From: a virus
Virus record (IMG/VR): IMGVR_UViG_3300036761_001135
Coordinates: 64,001 to 128,000 of that record
Length of the DNA: 64,000 nucleotides
Reading direction: 5' to 3' (one strand)
The position numbers and the translations under genes are program-made. This document shows positions 56,186 to 64,000 of the stretch, in pieces. Below the pieces are notes generated by a model, which was not told the DNA's origin, searched no databases, and was given only the letters and a program-made list of their open reading frames with translations. Each line of letters opens with the position of its first letter. The stretch's first letter is position 1.

Positions 56186-58249
56186 ATGACGACCCTCAAG
56201 GAAATCTCCATTCCAGAGAATCAACTGAAGCTGCGGTGGCGCGAGCCCTATGTGACGGACGGCACCAACAAGGCGTTGGCGGTGTTGGATCCGGGGGCGT
56301 ACAGGGGCGGGTACGCACGGGAGACGGACCCGATCAGCACGTCGTTCCGCATTACGGCGGAGGGCGAGCAGGACAATTCTTTCTTGTGGGTGGACAAGGC
56401 CACGGGGACGGCGTTGTCGATACTGTACGGCACGGACGTGCTGGTCGATATGGCACCGCAGTTCTCCGGGCCTGGAGGCACGTTGCCGAGCGCGCAGACT
56501 TGGTACGTCTGGTTGGATTGTTCTTACAGCGTGGGTGTGGCGACCACGGGCAAGTTCTACGTGACGACTACGGCTCCGACCAGCGCGAATGCGGTGAAGA
56601 TCGCTCGCATCAACATGCCGAGCGGGGTGATGAGCATTTTGACCAGCTACATCGACTGGTCCACCTCGTACCGCACGGTGGCGCATGTGGATCGGCCGCT
56701 ATTGATCGCGAAGGCCGTGACGAAGTCGGTCTCCACCAACAAGTTCCAACTCTCGGGCAAGGTGTACCTGCCTGCTGGCACGGCCAACTGGGCGACGCGG
56801 GATTTCTATATCAATCTGCTGGGCGGATTGGGTCTGACCCGTTGGGCCTATGCAGGGGACGACGGGGCGCTGATCTGGGTTAAGAACGTGTGGGCGGACA
56901 GCGGCCTATCGGTGGCGGTTGGATCCGATTCCGAGGGGTTTATTGAAGATCCTTGGATCGAGCTGGACGTCTCGCAGACGACGGATCCAACTCCTCCGAT
57001 GTGTTATGTGCGGTACTGGACGCGAGGGACGATGCGCGACCTCGTGTTGGACGATCAGATCAAGTCGGACTGGTTGCCGCACGATCATGCGCTTTTGGTA
57101 TCGACGCGGGCGAAGGCTGGGTATCCGACTTCTCTCACGGCGGGGTCTGCACAGTCGCAGATCGAGGCGTTGCTGACGGCGGTTAATGAGCGGATTAGCG
57201 CGAAAGCACCAGAGTCGGCACCTGCCAGTCCGGTGTTGCTGTGGCGGTCGCACAACATCGCCAGCGACGCTCTGGTGACGGGCACGACGATCAGCATCTA
57301 CTGGGGCACCAACCTGGGCTTTGCGGTCATCGTGGGCGGGTACATCTCAGGGGGCAACGCGGTGCGGGCGCTGGTCAGCCCGGGGGACACGATGGTCCTG
57401 CTGCGCCTGCATGGGAACCTGGGGGCGGGGCCGGAGCTGCTGTCGAGTCCGGCGGCGGCGGGGGCCACGAGAGCTTGGAACATCGTGACCGACTGGACGG
57501 CGGGGCTGTACACGACAGATTTCTTCGGGGCTCCGCTGTTCAAGATGCCTGCGTTGATTGCGGAGATCCTCTTTGTGACCATGGGGATTACCCTGGACAG
57601 CTCGACGCTGTTGCTCACCAATCATGAGAGCTACATCTCTGGAAATCAGCCGGGCGTTGGTGGTCTGGACACCTACTGCAAGTTGTTCGAGTCTGCTGGG
57701 CTCGTGGTCAAGATGCGTTTGTACTACGGAAGTGGATATTTTTATATCACGTACAACGCGGAGTGGGTGCAGTCATCGGGAGGGTGGTATGAAGACGATG
57801 ATGGCGTAAATGCGATGGCGGTAGGCGTTAGCCTATACGATGGTGGTCCAGCACTGAAGGTCAGGACGAAGCGCAAGGTAAACTTTGGAGCTGGGTGGAC
57901 GGATTGGGATTCTGATTTGATGTATGGTGGAGATGTAGATGGATATTGTCGTGTGGCTCCAGTTGTGTCTGGAAATTACAAGGACATATGCAAGTGGTGT
58001 TTGTCGATTGCACCTGTTGCTGGAGCTGATGGAGTTTCTGCGCTCACGGCAGTTACTTATCATGCTGCGATCCCGACAATTCCAAACCTTTCCTCTGTAG
58101 ACGTCATAGATTCATATGGAACATGGGGATTAACACCGACGATTCTTCCAGATAGCATAGATGAGTATGGTCTTATGATTTATGGAACTGGAACGAGGCG
58201 TGCTGATGTAACGATTTGGTCGCATGGAAACGTGCGTATATTCGAATGA
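56186..58249 (+). CDS. Tail/baseplate-associated structural protein
   Basis: 687 aa in the fibre cluster; AT-richer C-terminal region. Confidence 0.65.
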   Translation: MTTLKEISIPENQLKLRWREPYVTDGTNKALAVLDPGAYRGGYARETDPISTSFRITAEGEQDNSFLWVDKATGTALSILYGTDVLVDMAPQFSGPGGTLPSAQTWYVWLDCSYSVGVATTGKFYVTTTAPTSANAVKIARINMPSGVMSILTSYIDWSTSYRTVAHVDRPLLIAKAVTKSVSTNKFQLSGKVYLPAGTANWATRDFYINLLGGLGLTRWAYAGDDGALIWVKNVWADSGLSVAVGSDSEGFIEDPWIELDVSQTTDPTPPMCYVRYWTRGTMRDLVLDDQIKSDWLPHDHALLVSTRAKAGYPTSLTAGSAQSQIEALLTAVNERISAKAPESAPASPVLLWRSHNIASDALVTGTTISIYWGTNLGFAVIVGGYISGGNAVRALVSPGDTMVLLRLHGNLGAGPELLSSPAAAGATRAWNIVTDWTAGLYTTDFFGAPLFKMPALIAEILFVTMGITLDSSTLLLTNHESYISGNQPGVGGLDTYCKLFESAGLVVKMRLYYGSGYFYITYNAEWVQSSGGWYEDDDGVNAMAVGVSLYDGGPALKVRTKRKVNFGAGWTDWDSDLMYGGDVDGYCRVAPVVSGNYKDICKWCLSIAPVAGADGVSALTAVTYHAAIPTIPNLSSVDVIDSYGTWGLTPTILPDSIDEYGLMIYGTGTRRADVTIWSHGNVRIFE

Positions 58250-58259
58250 GAGGTGATCC

Positions 58260-58625
58260 ATGTTCATGAGCAGATTAACTGCAAATAGTATTACTGCGAA
58301 GTGCATGGCGTGTGAAACGTGGAGCGATTATGCACTATCGGATCTGAAGGCGGCAAATCGGTCGGTGTCGTTTCCAACCTGTCCGTCGTGTCAGAAGTCT
58401 ACGATGCAGGTGAATGTCATCCCTGGTCCGATCACAAAATCCGGCGATCCGGCGCTATCTCAGTCGTGGATCAAGGCGTTGCACCGACAGCTCATCGTTG
58501 CGGGTCATACGGCAGATATCTACAGCGCGGAGAAGGTGGCCTTAAACGCCCATGAGGGTGCTGTCGAATGGCCGACTGGCGATGCTGTGGTGGATTTCGT
58601 CGTGACGCCAGTGAGCGAGCCATAG
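58260..58625 (+). CDS. Small Zn-ribbon protein
   Basis: CMAC...CPSC motifs. Confidence 0.65.
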   Translation: MFMSRLTANSITAKCMACETWSDYALSDLKAANRSVSFPTCPSCQKSTMQVNVIPGPITKSGDPALSQSWIKALHRQLIVAGHTADIYSAEKVALNAHEGAVEWPTGDAVVDFVVTPVSEP

Positions 58626-58645
58626 AGGCGAACCCGGGTTCGCGT
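58626..58645. repeat. Palindromic repeat copy 9
   Basis: AGGCGAACCCGGGTTCGCGT directly after TAG. Confidence 0.9.
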
Positions 58646-58656
58646 GCAGGTGCAGA

Positions 58657-61077
58657 ATGACGGACGATCCAGGAAGCGGATTCTTTGGCAAGGGATATTG
58701 GGGGCGGCGTGTGCTGTGGGAGAACGTCCCTGTGCAGCATCGCAACCTCGACGTAGACGGATACCTTCAGCGGCTTTTGCAGGCGTATGGGGACACATTG
58801 GAGTCGTTCATCGCGCAGATCGCGGCGCTCCCGTTTCAGCGAGATCCATTTGATGCCAGGGCGGAAGAAAACCAAGAAGAGTGGTTTTACGTCACGGCCG
58901 CAGAGCGCTACACGGACCCGGTGCGAGGGGCGGTGACGCGTTTGATTGGAGAGCGAGATCCGTCGGAGAGTCCGGGCGCGGAGAATCCTTCCATGCCGGG
59001 ACCGTCGGAGCGATATCCGTGGGATCCATACGAGCCGATACAGCGGATTGCCAGATGGTGGAAGTCCATCATTCCGACTGTGGACGAGGCGACTGGGACA
59101 GAGGATCCGACCGAGTACGCGGTGGCGATGGTGCGGGCTCGCAACTTCGACGCTGGAGATCTGTACGACGTAGATCGGTCCATTGGGAACGAGGTATGGG
59201 TGGAGGGTGGCGACCTGACGTTGCCGATGTCCTTGCCCGCTGGCTGGCTCGTGTATGGCCCAACGATGCCGGGTGTGCCTGTGGGGTTAGGGGACGGAAC
59301 TGGGACGCCATCTGTGGCCATCCCTGGGCTTCACACGCGGTTTGAGCATGGGGACGGCACGGTGGCTGGCGCGTGTGTAGTGCTGGACGTGCCGACTCCG
59401 ACTGTTTTGAGGCTGTACGACAAGCCTGATGCGCCTGCGACGCTTGAGACCGGGGTGTTGTACCGCGAGGATCCGTTGGTTCCTGGATCGCTGGATCTTG
59501 TGAATCCGCTTGGTACGGTGGACTACTTCGGCGGCACGGTGGCCATTGATTTGTCGTCTCTTGTTTTGGCGTCGCACATACAGGGTGTCATTCGGGCGTT
59601 CTGGCAGGCGCGAGGGGTTTACTTGAGGTTTCTTCCTCCTCGCGTGTTGGACGTGCTTGCCAAGGACTACGGCTTTGAGAACGACCGGAACGATCCCGAG
59701 GACAGGCAGCGGGTGGCGATTGCGCATTTGCACCAATATTACGGTGTGAAAGGCGCGCAAGAAGCGTATCGAATTCGTGGAGAAATCAGCCTGTTCAAGG
59801 TCGAGGTGCAATCCTTGTGGCGCGTCTGCGATGCCGACTTGATCCTGGCGCTGCCAGAGGAGCACAGGTTTGAGTATGGCGGTCTGTTTTATTCGGATTT
59901 GACCCCGGTCATGCTGACCTTTGACGACATCGTGGCGGACGAGGAATACTACGATCCTGACGCGGCGGATTGGGTGACACTGCTGGACCGCGCGTTGCTG
60001 TATCAGTCCGATTCTTTCACGAGTGGCATGTCGCCGGCGTTGGCCTATGCAGTGGACGTGACGCAGGGGTATGAAGGGCCTGTGTCGTCTACGAATCCGG
60101 CTTTACGTGGCGCGGCCACGGTGGATAGCAGTACGCCATTGACGGCGGCCGAGGCGTTGGCGATGGGATTGCCAGGTGGCCATCGCGTGGTTGTTAGGAT
60201 GTTGCGCTGCCAGGCGGACGCCTTCAACTTTCGCAAGACGGCCTTCGGGCTGACGGAATATGACGCGTCGGAGTCTGAGCCACCGCTGTTGTCGGACCCA
60301 GTTTTTTGGATCGACCGAGAGGAGATTCCGTGGACGTTTGACGTGGCGGGATCGACACCGGAAGAGGACATCGGCCTTTGGACGATCATCATCGGCGTTG
60401 GGCTGGACGGGTCTGGGGATCCGCTTCCTGGTCCCGTGGTAGGCGGTGACGTGGCGGTGCGCTACGCGCCTGGAATGTCGATTAGTTGTTGTTGGTGCCC
60501 GAGCTATCGAGTGCGCGTGAGAATCGAGCCGTGGGAGGCACCAGACGGGACGTTCCCGGCCTACGCGCATTACGAGACGGACGCGGCGATGCAGGCGGCG
60601 GTAGATCGTCTCAAGGGAAAGATTCTCGACCAGCTTTTGCCGATCCATGTGCGCGTGGCCGAGTGGGTTGTCACCACTGAGTGGTCGGTGTTCATGGGTG
60701 GAATTCATGGCGGTGTGACGAGAACGTGGGACATCGTTGGCGAGTTTGCTGGGATGTCTGCTCGTGACGTGGTGCGTGTGACGTTGGAGCAGCGTGGGGA
60801 TTTGTTGGCGGTTGGAAAGACGCAGGAGATCTGGGCGCATATGTTACCGGCTGACGTGGCGTTGGTTCCTGCCGTGAATACTGGTTCTGTGCAGAGTGGG
60901 TACGCCGATCCAGACACTTGGTATCCGGTGGCAGGCTGGGAAGATGTGGATGTCACGGATTCGGTGGCTAGCTCGCCTGCGGATCATGATTTGCGGTTGA
61001 AGGCGAGCGCGGATGGGAGCGTAACCTACGGTGACGTTCGGTGGACATTCCGAGTGACACATAGCACGCTGGGTTAG
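58657..61077 (+). CDS. Baseplate wedge protein (gp7/P2 I-like)
   Basis: 'LW..VP..HR..D...LQR.L' N-terminus, 'LDVLAKDYG..QRVAI..YYGVKG' and 'LLPIHVR'. Confidence 0.65.
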   Translation: MTDDPGSGFFGKGYWGRRVLWENVPVQHRNLDVDGYLQRLLQAYGDTLESFIAQIAALPFQRDPFDARAEENQEEWFYVTAAERYTDPVRGAVTRLIGERDPSESPGAENPSMPGPSERYPWDPYEPIQRIARWWKSIIPTVDEATGTEDPTEYAVAMVRARNFDAGDLYDVDRSIGNEVWVEGGDLTLPMSLPAGWLVYGPTMPGVPVGLGDGTGTPSVAIPGLHTRFEHGDGTVAGACVVLDVPTPTVLRLYDKPDAPATLETGVLYREDPLVPGSLDLVNPLGTVDYFGGTVAIDLSSLVLASHIQGVIRAFWQARGVYLRFLPPRVLDVLAKDYGFENDRNDPEDRQRVAIAHLHQYYGVKGAQEAYRIRGEISLFKVEVQSLWRVCDADLILALPEEHRFEYGGLFYSDLTPVMLTFDDIVADEEYYDPDAADWVTLLDRALLYQSDSFTSGMSPALAYAVDVTQGYEGPVSSTNPALRGAATVDSSTPLTAAEALAMGLPGGHRVVVRMLRCQADAFNFRKTAFGLTEYDASESEPPLLSDPVFWIDREEIPWTFDVAGSTPEEDIGLWTIIIGVGLDGSGDPLPGPVVGGDVAVRYAPGMSISCCWCPSYRVRVRIEPWEAPDGTFPAYAHYETDAAMQAAVDRLKGKILDQLLPIHVRVAEWVVTTEWSVFMGGIHGGVTRTWDIVGEFAGMSARDVVRVTLEQRGDLLAVGKTQEIWAHMLPADVALVPAVNTGSVQSGYADPDTWYPVAGWEDVDVTDSVASSPADHDLRLKASADGSVTYGDVRWTFRVTHSTLG

Positions 61078-61092
61078 ATAGAGGAGGTTGGC

Positions 61093-61923
61093 ATGGCGTT
61101 CGGGTTCATCGGCAAGCTCACTGAAGCAATCATGAACGGGCCGGAGGGCGCGGACAGCGCGAGCATGTCGATCTTGGGGATCGATTCGACTGACCCAAAG
61201 GGCAGCACGGTGATTTTGCCGGAGCGGACGTTTCAGTTCTGGCCGGAGAGCATCCAAGACAGCATCGAGATCGGGTGGCAGTTCAAGGACATTCCGGGCG
61301 GCTCGCATGCTCTGGCGCAATGGGGAAGTAACAACGGTCGCACGATCAGCTTTGAGGTACGGTTGCACCGTTTCATGAAGCCGGTGGACGACCGCACCAT
61401 CTTTGAGAAGATTATGGACCCGATTGGGCTGACGACGCCTGGCCAGCAGTATCTGAAGGACATGCGTCCGCACAACGTGGATATCGAATCTGAAATCCGC
61501 TACCTGAGAGCGTTCTGCTACCCGAGCTACGCTGTGGACAATGTGTCCGGTAGCACGGTTTCGTATTCACCTCCGGTGGCTATGCTGTGCGTGCCTGGAG
61601 TTGGTCTGAACGAGTTGGGAAGCCACACCATCATGGCCGTGATGACGGGCTGTGATGTTACCTACAATCTGTTGTTTCCAAATGGGAAGCCGCGCAACGC
61701 TACGGTAGCGCTCACGTTCAAGCAGATCGTCCAGAAGGCTGATGTTGGCGTGATGTGGAGGGGGATTGGCAAGGACGCGGCCATCAATGGGTACAAGCAC
61801 CGCATTCCAGACATCGGCTACAATGTAAATGCCTACACGGCGGGCAATGCCAAGAGTGCCAAGGAGCCCTGGACGGGCGCTGGAGGCGTGCTCAACAAGA
61901 TTGACACGAAGGGGACGACCTGA
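61093..61923 (+). CDS. Tube initiator / CIS-tube-like baseplate protein
   Basis: 'FQFWPESI..W...IPG.SH..QW....RTISF..LRAFCYP..PP..VMTGCDVTY..F..G.PR.ATV.LTF'. Confidence 0.75.
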   Translation: MAFGFIGKLTEAIMNGPEGADSASMSILGIDSTDPKGSTVILPERTFQFWPESIQDSIEIGWQFKDIPGGSHALAQWGSNNGRTISFEVRLHRFMKPVDDRTIFEKIMDPIGLTTPGQQYLKDMRPHNVDIESEIRYLRAFCYPSYAVDNVSGSTVSYSPPVAMLCVPGVGLNELGSHTIMAVMTGCDVTYNLLFPNGKPRNATVALTFKQIVQKADVGVMWRGIGKDAAINGYKHRIPDIGYNVNAYTAGNAKSAKEPWTGAGGVLNKIDTKGTT

Positions 61924-61956
61924 TGGGCATCAAGGCACAGCCGACGCAGTCTACCC

Positions 61957-61976
61957 ACGCGAACTCGGGTTCGTCT
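61957..61976. repeat. Palindromic repeat copy 10 (degenerate)
   Basis: ACGCGAACTCGGGTTCGTCT immediately before ATG 61977. Confidence 0.75.
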
Positions 61977-62168
61977 ATGCCTCCAATATCGCCGGACGCG
62001 CATGCGCTCACGATGGAGGACGCGCTGGTCATGGTGATCTTCCCGCAGGCGACGTGGGATGCTGTTTTGCAGTTGGCGAAGGAGTTGAACGTCGCGCCGG
62101 CCGAGGCGTTAGGTGCGGCGATCAAGCTGCTTCGGGCGCGTGTAGACGAGGAGACGAGTCACGGATGA
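61977..62168 (+). CDS. Small protein, possibly ribbon-helix-helix
   Basis: 'MVIFPQATWDAVLQLAKELNVAPAEALGAAIKLL'; start uncertain (61923, 61977 or 62013). Confidence 0.5.
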   Translation: MPPISPDAHALTMEDALVMVIFPQATWDAVLQLAKELNVAPAEALGAAIKLLRARVDEETSHG

Positions 62169-62225
62169 TGGTGACGCACCGCTGGACCGTGACCAGGCGT
62201 CGCGGTCGGGCAGGAAGAGGGCCGC

Positions 62226-62645
62226 GTGGTTGCAGTTGCTCGCTTTGGGTTTGGCGCTAGCTCCGAGACCGTTCATGTGGCGTGTCTCTCGACCGACGCT
62301 GTGGGGGACGTGGTGGCGCTACGGGACACGGCGACGGTGACGGGGCGCTGGCGTGTGCAGCGGGCGGATCCGATGGACAACAATCGCATGCCGGGGATCG
62401 GCGTGCTTCTGCGCAAGGTGACGCCTACGACGGGGATCATGCAAAGGGTGGGTCATATTCGGGGTATCTATTCGGGGCTGGTCGCGCCGCGTCCGGTCTG
62501 GGTGGGGGTCGATGGGAGACCGACACAGACGATTCCGGCACCGACAGGGGGGCCTGTGATCATCCAGCGTTTGGGCCTGCCCGTGGACGGAGATGTGCTA
62601 TTCTTGACGGGAGAAGTTGGGCAGTTGACGCAGAGGATTCCGTAG
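62226..62645 (+). CDS. Hypothetical structural protein
   Basis: 'AVGDVV..VQRAD..P.IGV..GL..PVWV..G' resembles small phage cement/fibre-type domains. Confidence 0.6.
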   Translation: MVAVARFGFGASSETVHVACLSTDAVGDVVALRDTATVTGRWRVQRADPMDNNRMPGIGVLLRKVTPTTGIMQRVGHIRGIYSGLVAPRPVWVGVDGRPTQTIPAPTGGPVIIQRLGLPVDGDVLFLTGEVGQLTQRIP

Positions 62646-62746
62646 GTGGAGACAGGCGTGCAGGCGATGGTTTCAGTTCATTTGTCGCGTCGTTGTATAT
62701 GTTGATTGGCACTGGACATGGCGGTATTATTAAACGCGGGTGTTGA

Positions 62747-63280
62747 GTGCTGAGTAAAAAGCTGATGGAGGAAGCGATGCAGAAGAAGGAAAAGTTAGCG
62801 AAGCTGAGCAAGCGGGTGAAGTTATTCCCGACGGTTGACCATGCGAAGACCGATGCGGATCTGGTCGGGCGGGTGAGTGATGTGCTGCCCGTGCTGGAGC
62901 CCACGTTGCCACCGGACGCGGCTGATTTCCCGCCGATAGCGGGTGGGATCGTGGACCATTTGCGTGTGTTGCGTCTGGCCTATGCCCAGATGGTCGTGGA
63001 GAAGTTGCAGTCGCAGCAGACCGCGTACACGCTTTCTTTTGACAGCCAGATCCGGGAGCTGACGCAGCGGAGGACGACGACTTTGATGCAGTTGATGCAG
63101 GAGTTGGCGCGGGCGAAAGAGACGTATCTGGGCGTCCAGCGTGAGATCGAGGGCTTCCATGGGATCGTGTTGGCCGAGTACACGTTCAACCCCGATGTTG
63201 GGACGTTGAACAGGATCGTGGATCCGTCAAAGAACATGGACGGGGCGTCTGCGGTGACGCAGGCAGAGCACTCGTCGTAG
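62747..63280 (+). CDS. Hypothetical coiled-coil protein
   Basis: 177-aa ORF. Confidence 0.65.
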   Translation: MLSKKLMEEAMQKKEKLAKLSKRVKLFPTVDHAKTDADLVGRVSDVLPVLEPTLPPDAADFPPIAGGIVDHLRVLRLAYAQMVVEKLQSQQTAYTLSFDSQIRELTQRRTTTLMQLMQELARAKETYLGVQREIEGFHGIVLAEYTFNPDVGTLNRIVDPSKNMDGASAVTQAEHSS

Positions 63281-63320
63281 AGGCAGCGCGGCGCGTGTCG
63301 CCGTCGGAGGAGTCGCACCA

Positions 63321-64000
63321 TGGCAAACATTTACGTTCTGAAGTTGCACGCGGATGGCTACCCGGCAGAATTGGACCCCGCAGGGGTAGGGGCCGACATC
63401 CTACAACTGCCGAGCACCACGTTCGGTGGGGACATCGATCTGGGTGGCAACGAGGTCAAGAACATCTCGTATCCCACCGAGGGCGATTCGGCGGTCAACA
63501 AGAGCTATGTGGATGCGATTGCCTCGGGCCTCACGCCGCATGAGGCGGTCATCGTCAAGACACCTGCCATCCTGACGGATTACGTGTCGGGCGGCGGCAC
63601 GGGCGTGGGGCACACCTTGACCGCGCCGGACTTCACCGTCGCGCACAACACCATCGACAGTTTCCTGCTGACCACGATTGGCCAGCGCGTGTTGGTGTCG
63701 ATGCAGGGTGGCGACGATGCGACGGCGCACAAGGACAACGGCGTATACACCGTGTCGGCGTTGGCCAACGGCGTAGACGTGGCCTTCCAGTTGACCCGCG
63801 CCACGGACGCGGATCAGGCGGCGGCGGGCGAGATGGCGACTGGCCTGTACGTGTTCGTCACGGACGGCAGCACGCTGAAGAACACGGGCTGGACCCTCGT
63901 GACGCCAGAACCGATCACGATTGAGACCACCGCGCTGAAGTTCGCGCAGTTCAGCGGCGCACCGGGACTCACCTATGACAAGGGTCTCCATCGCTCGGTC
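63321..64000 (+). CDS. Tail fibre-like protein (3'-truncated; absent from the ORF track)
   Basis: GGAGGAG SD; MANIYVLKL...'AVNKSYVDAIASGL'...'QRVLV..DNGVY..LTRATDAD..YVFVTDG..FAQFSGA'; open to the window end. Confidence 0.85.

Noticed and set aside
47381-58249. Diversity-generating retroelement acting on fibres
   Set aside because: No reverse transcriptase and no near-identical template/variable repeat pair differing at adenines was found by eye.
2493-61976. Palindromes as a CRISPR array or intrinsic terminators
   Set aside because: Copies are kilobases apart with no regular spacers or cas genes, and they lack U-tracts.

Overview
This window is a GC-rich, almost entirely plus-strand virion morphogenesis region of a large T4-related myovirus (phage or prophage). 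From left to right it holds: the 3' end of a gp23-type major capsid gene; a chimeric free-standing endonuclease; neck and tail-completion genes; a 1057-aa tail sheath and two tail tube genes; a ~12.5 kb array (13.9-26.5 kb) of about 20 mostly unrelated ORFs sharing an N-terminal 'M-T-T/x-M-R-x-L-I/F-E...E' leader, with an amidase endolysin inside it; a small leftward island with sigma70-type promoters; a tail chaperone pair with an in-phase -1 slippery site; the tape measure gene; baseplate genes; and many tail fibre genes interrupted by an intact tnpB-only IS200/IS605 element. The most notable unexplained structures are three. (1) The leader-plus-variable-cargo array, which resembles a much expanded T4 internal-protein (capsid-targeting) system. 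(2) Ten copies of a 20-bp palindrome (ACGCGAACCYRGGTTCGCST), most sitting between a stop codon and the next ribosome binding site. (3) Two copies of an ~85-bp non-coding element, each upstream of a sigma70-like promoter. All product calls come from motif recognition and synteny; no database search was run.
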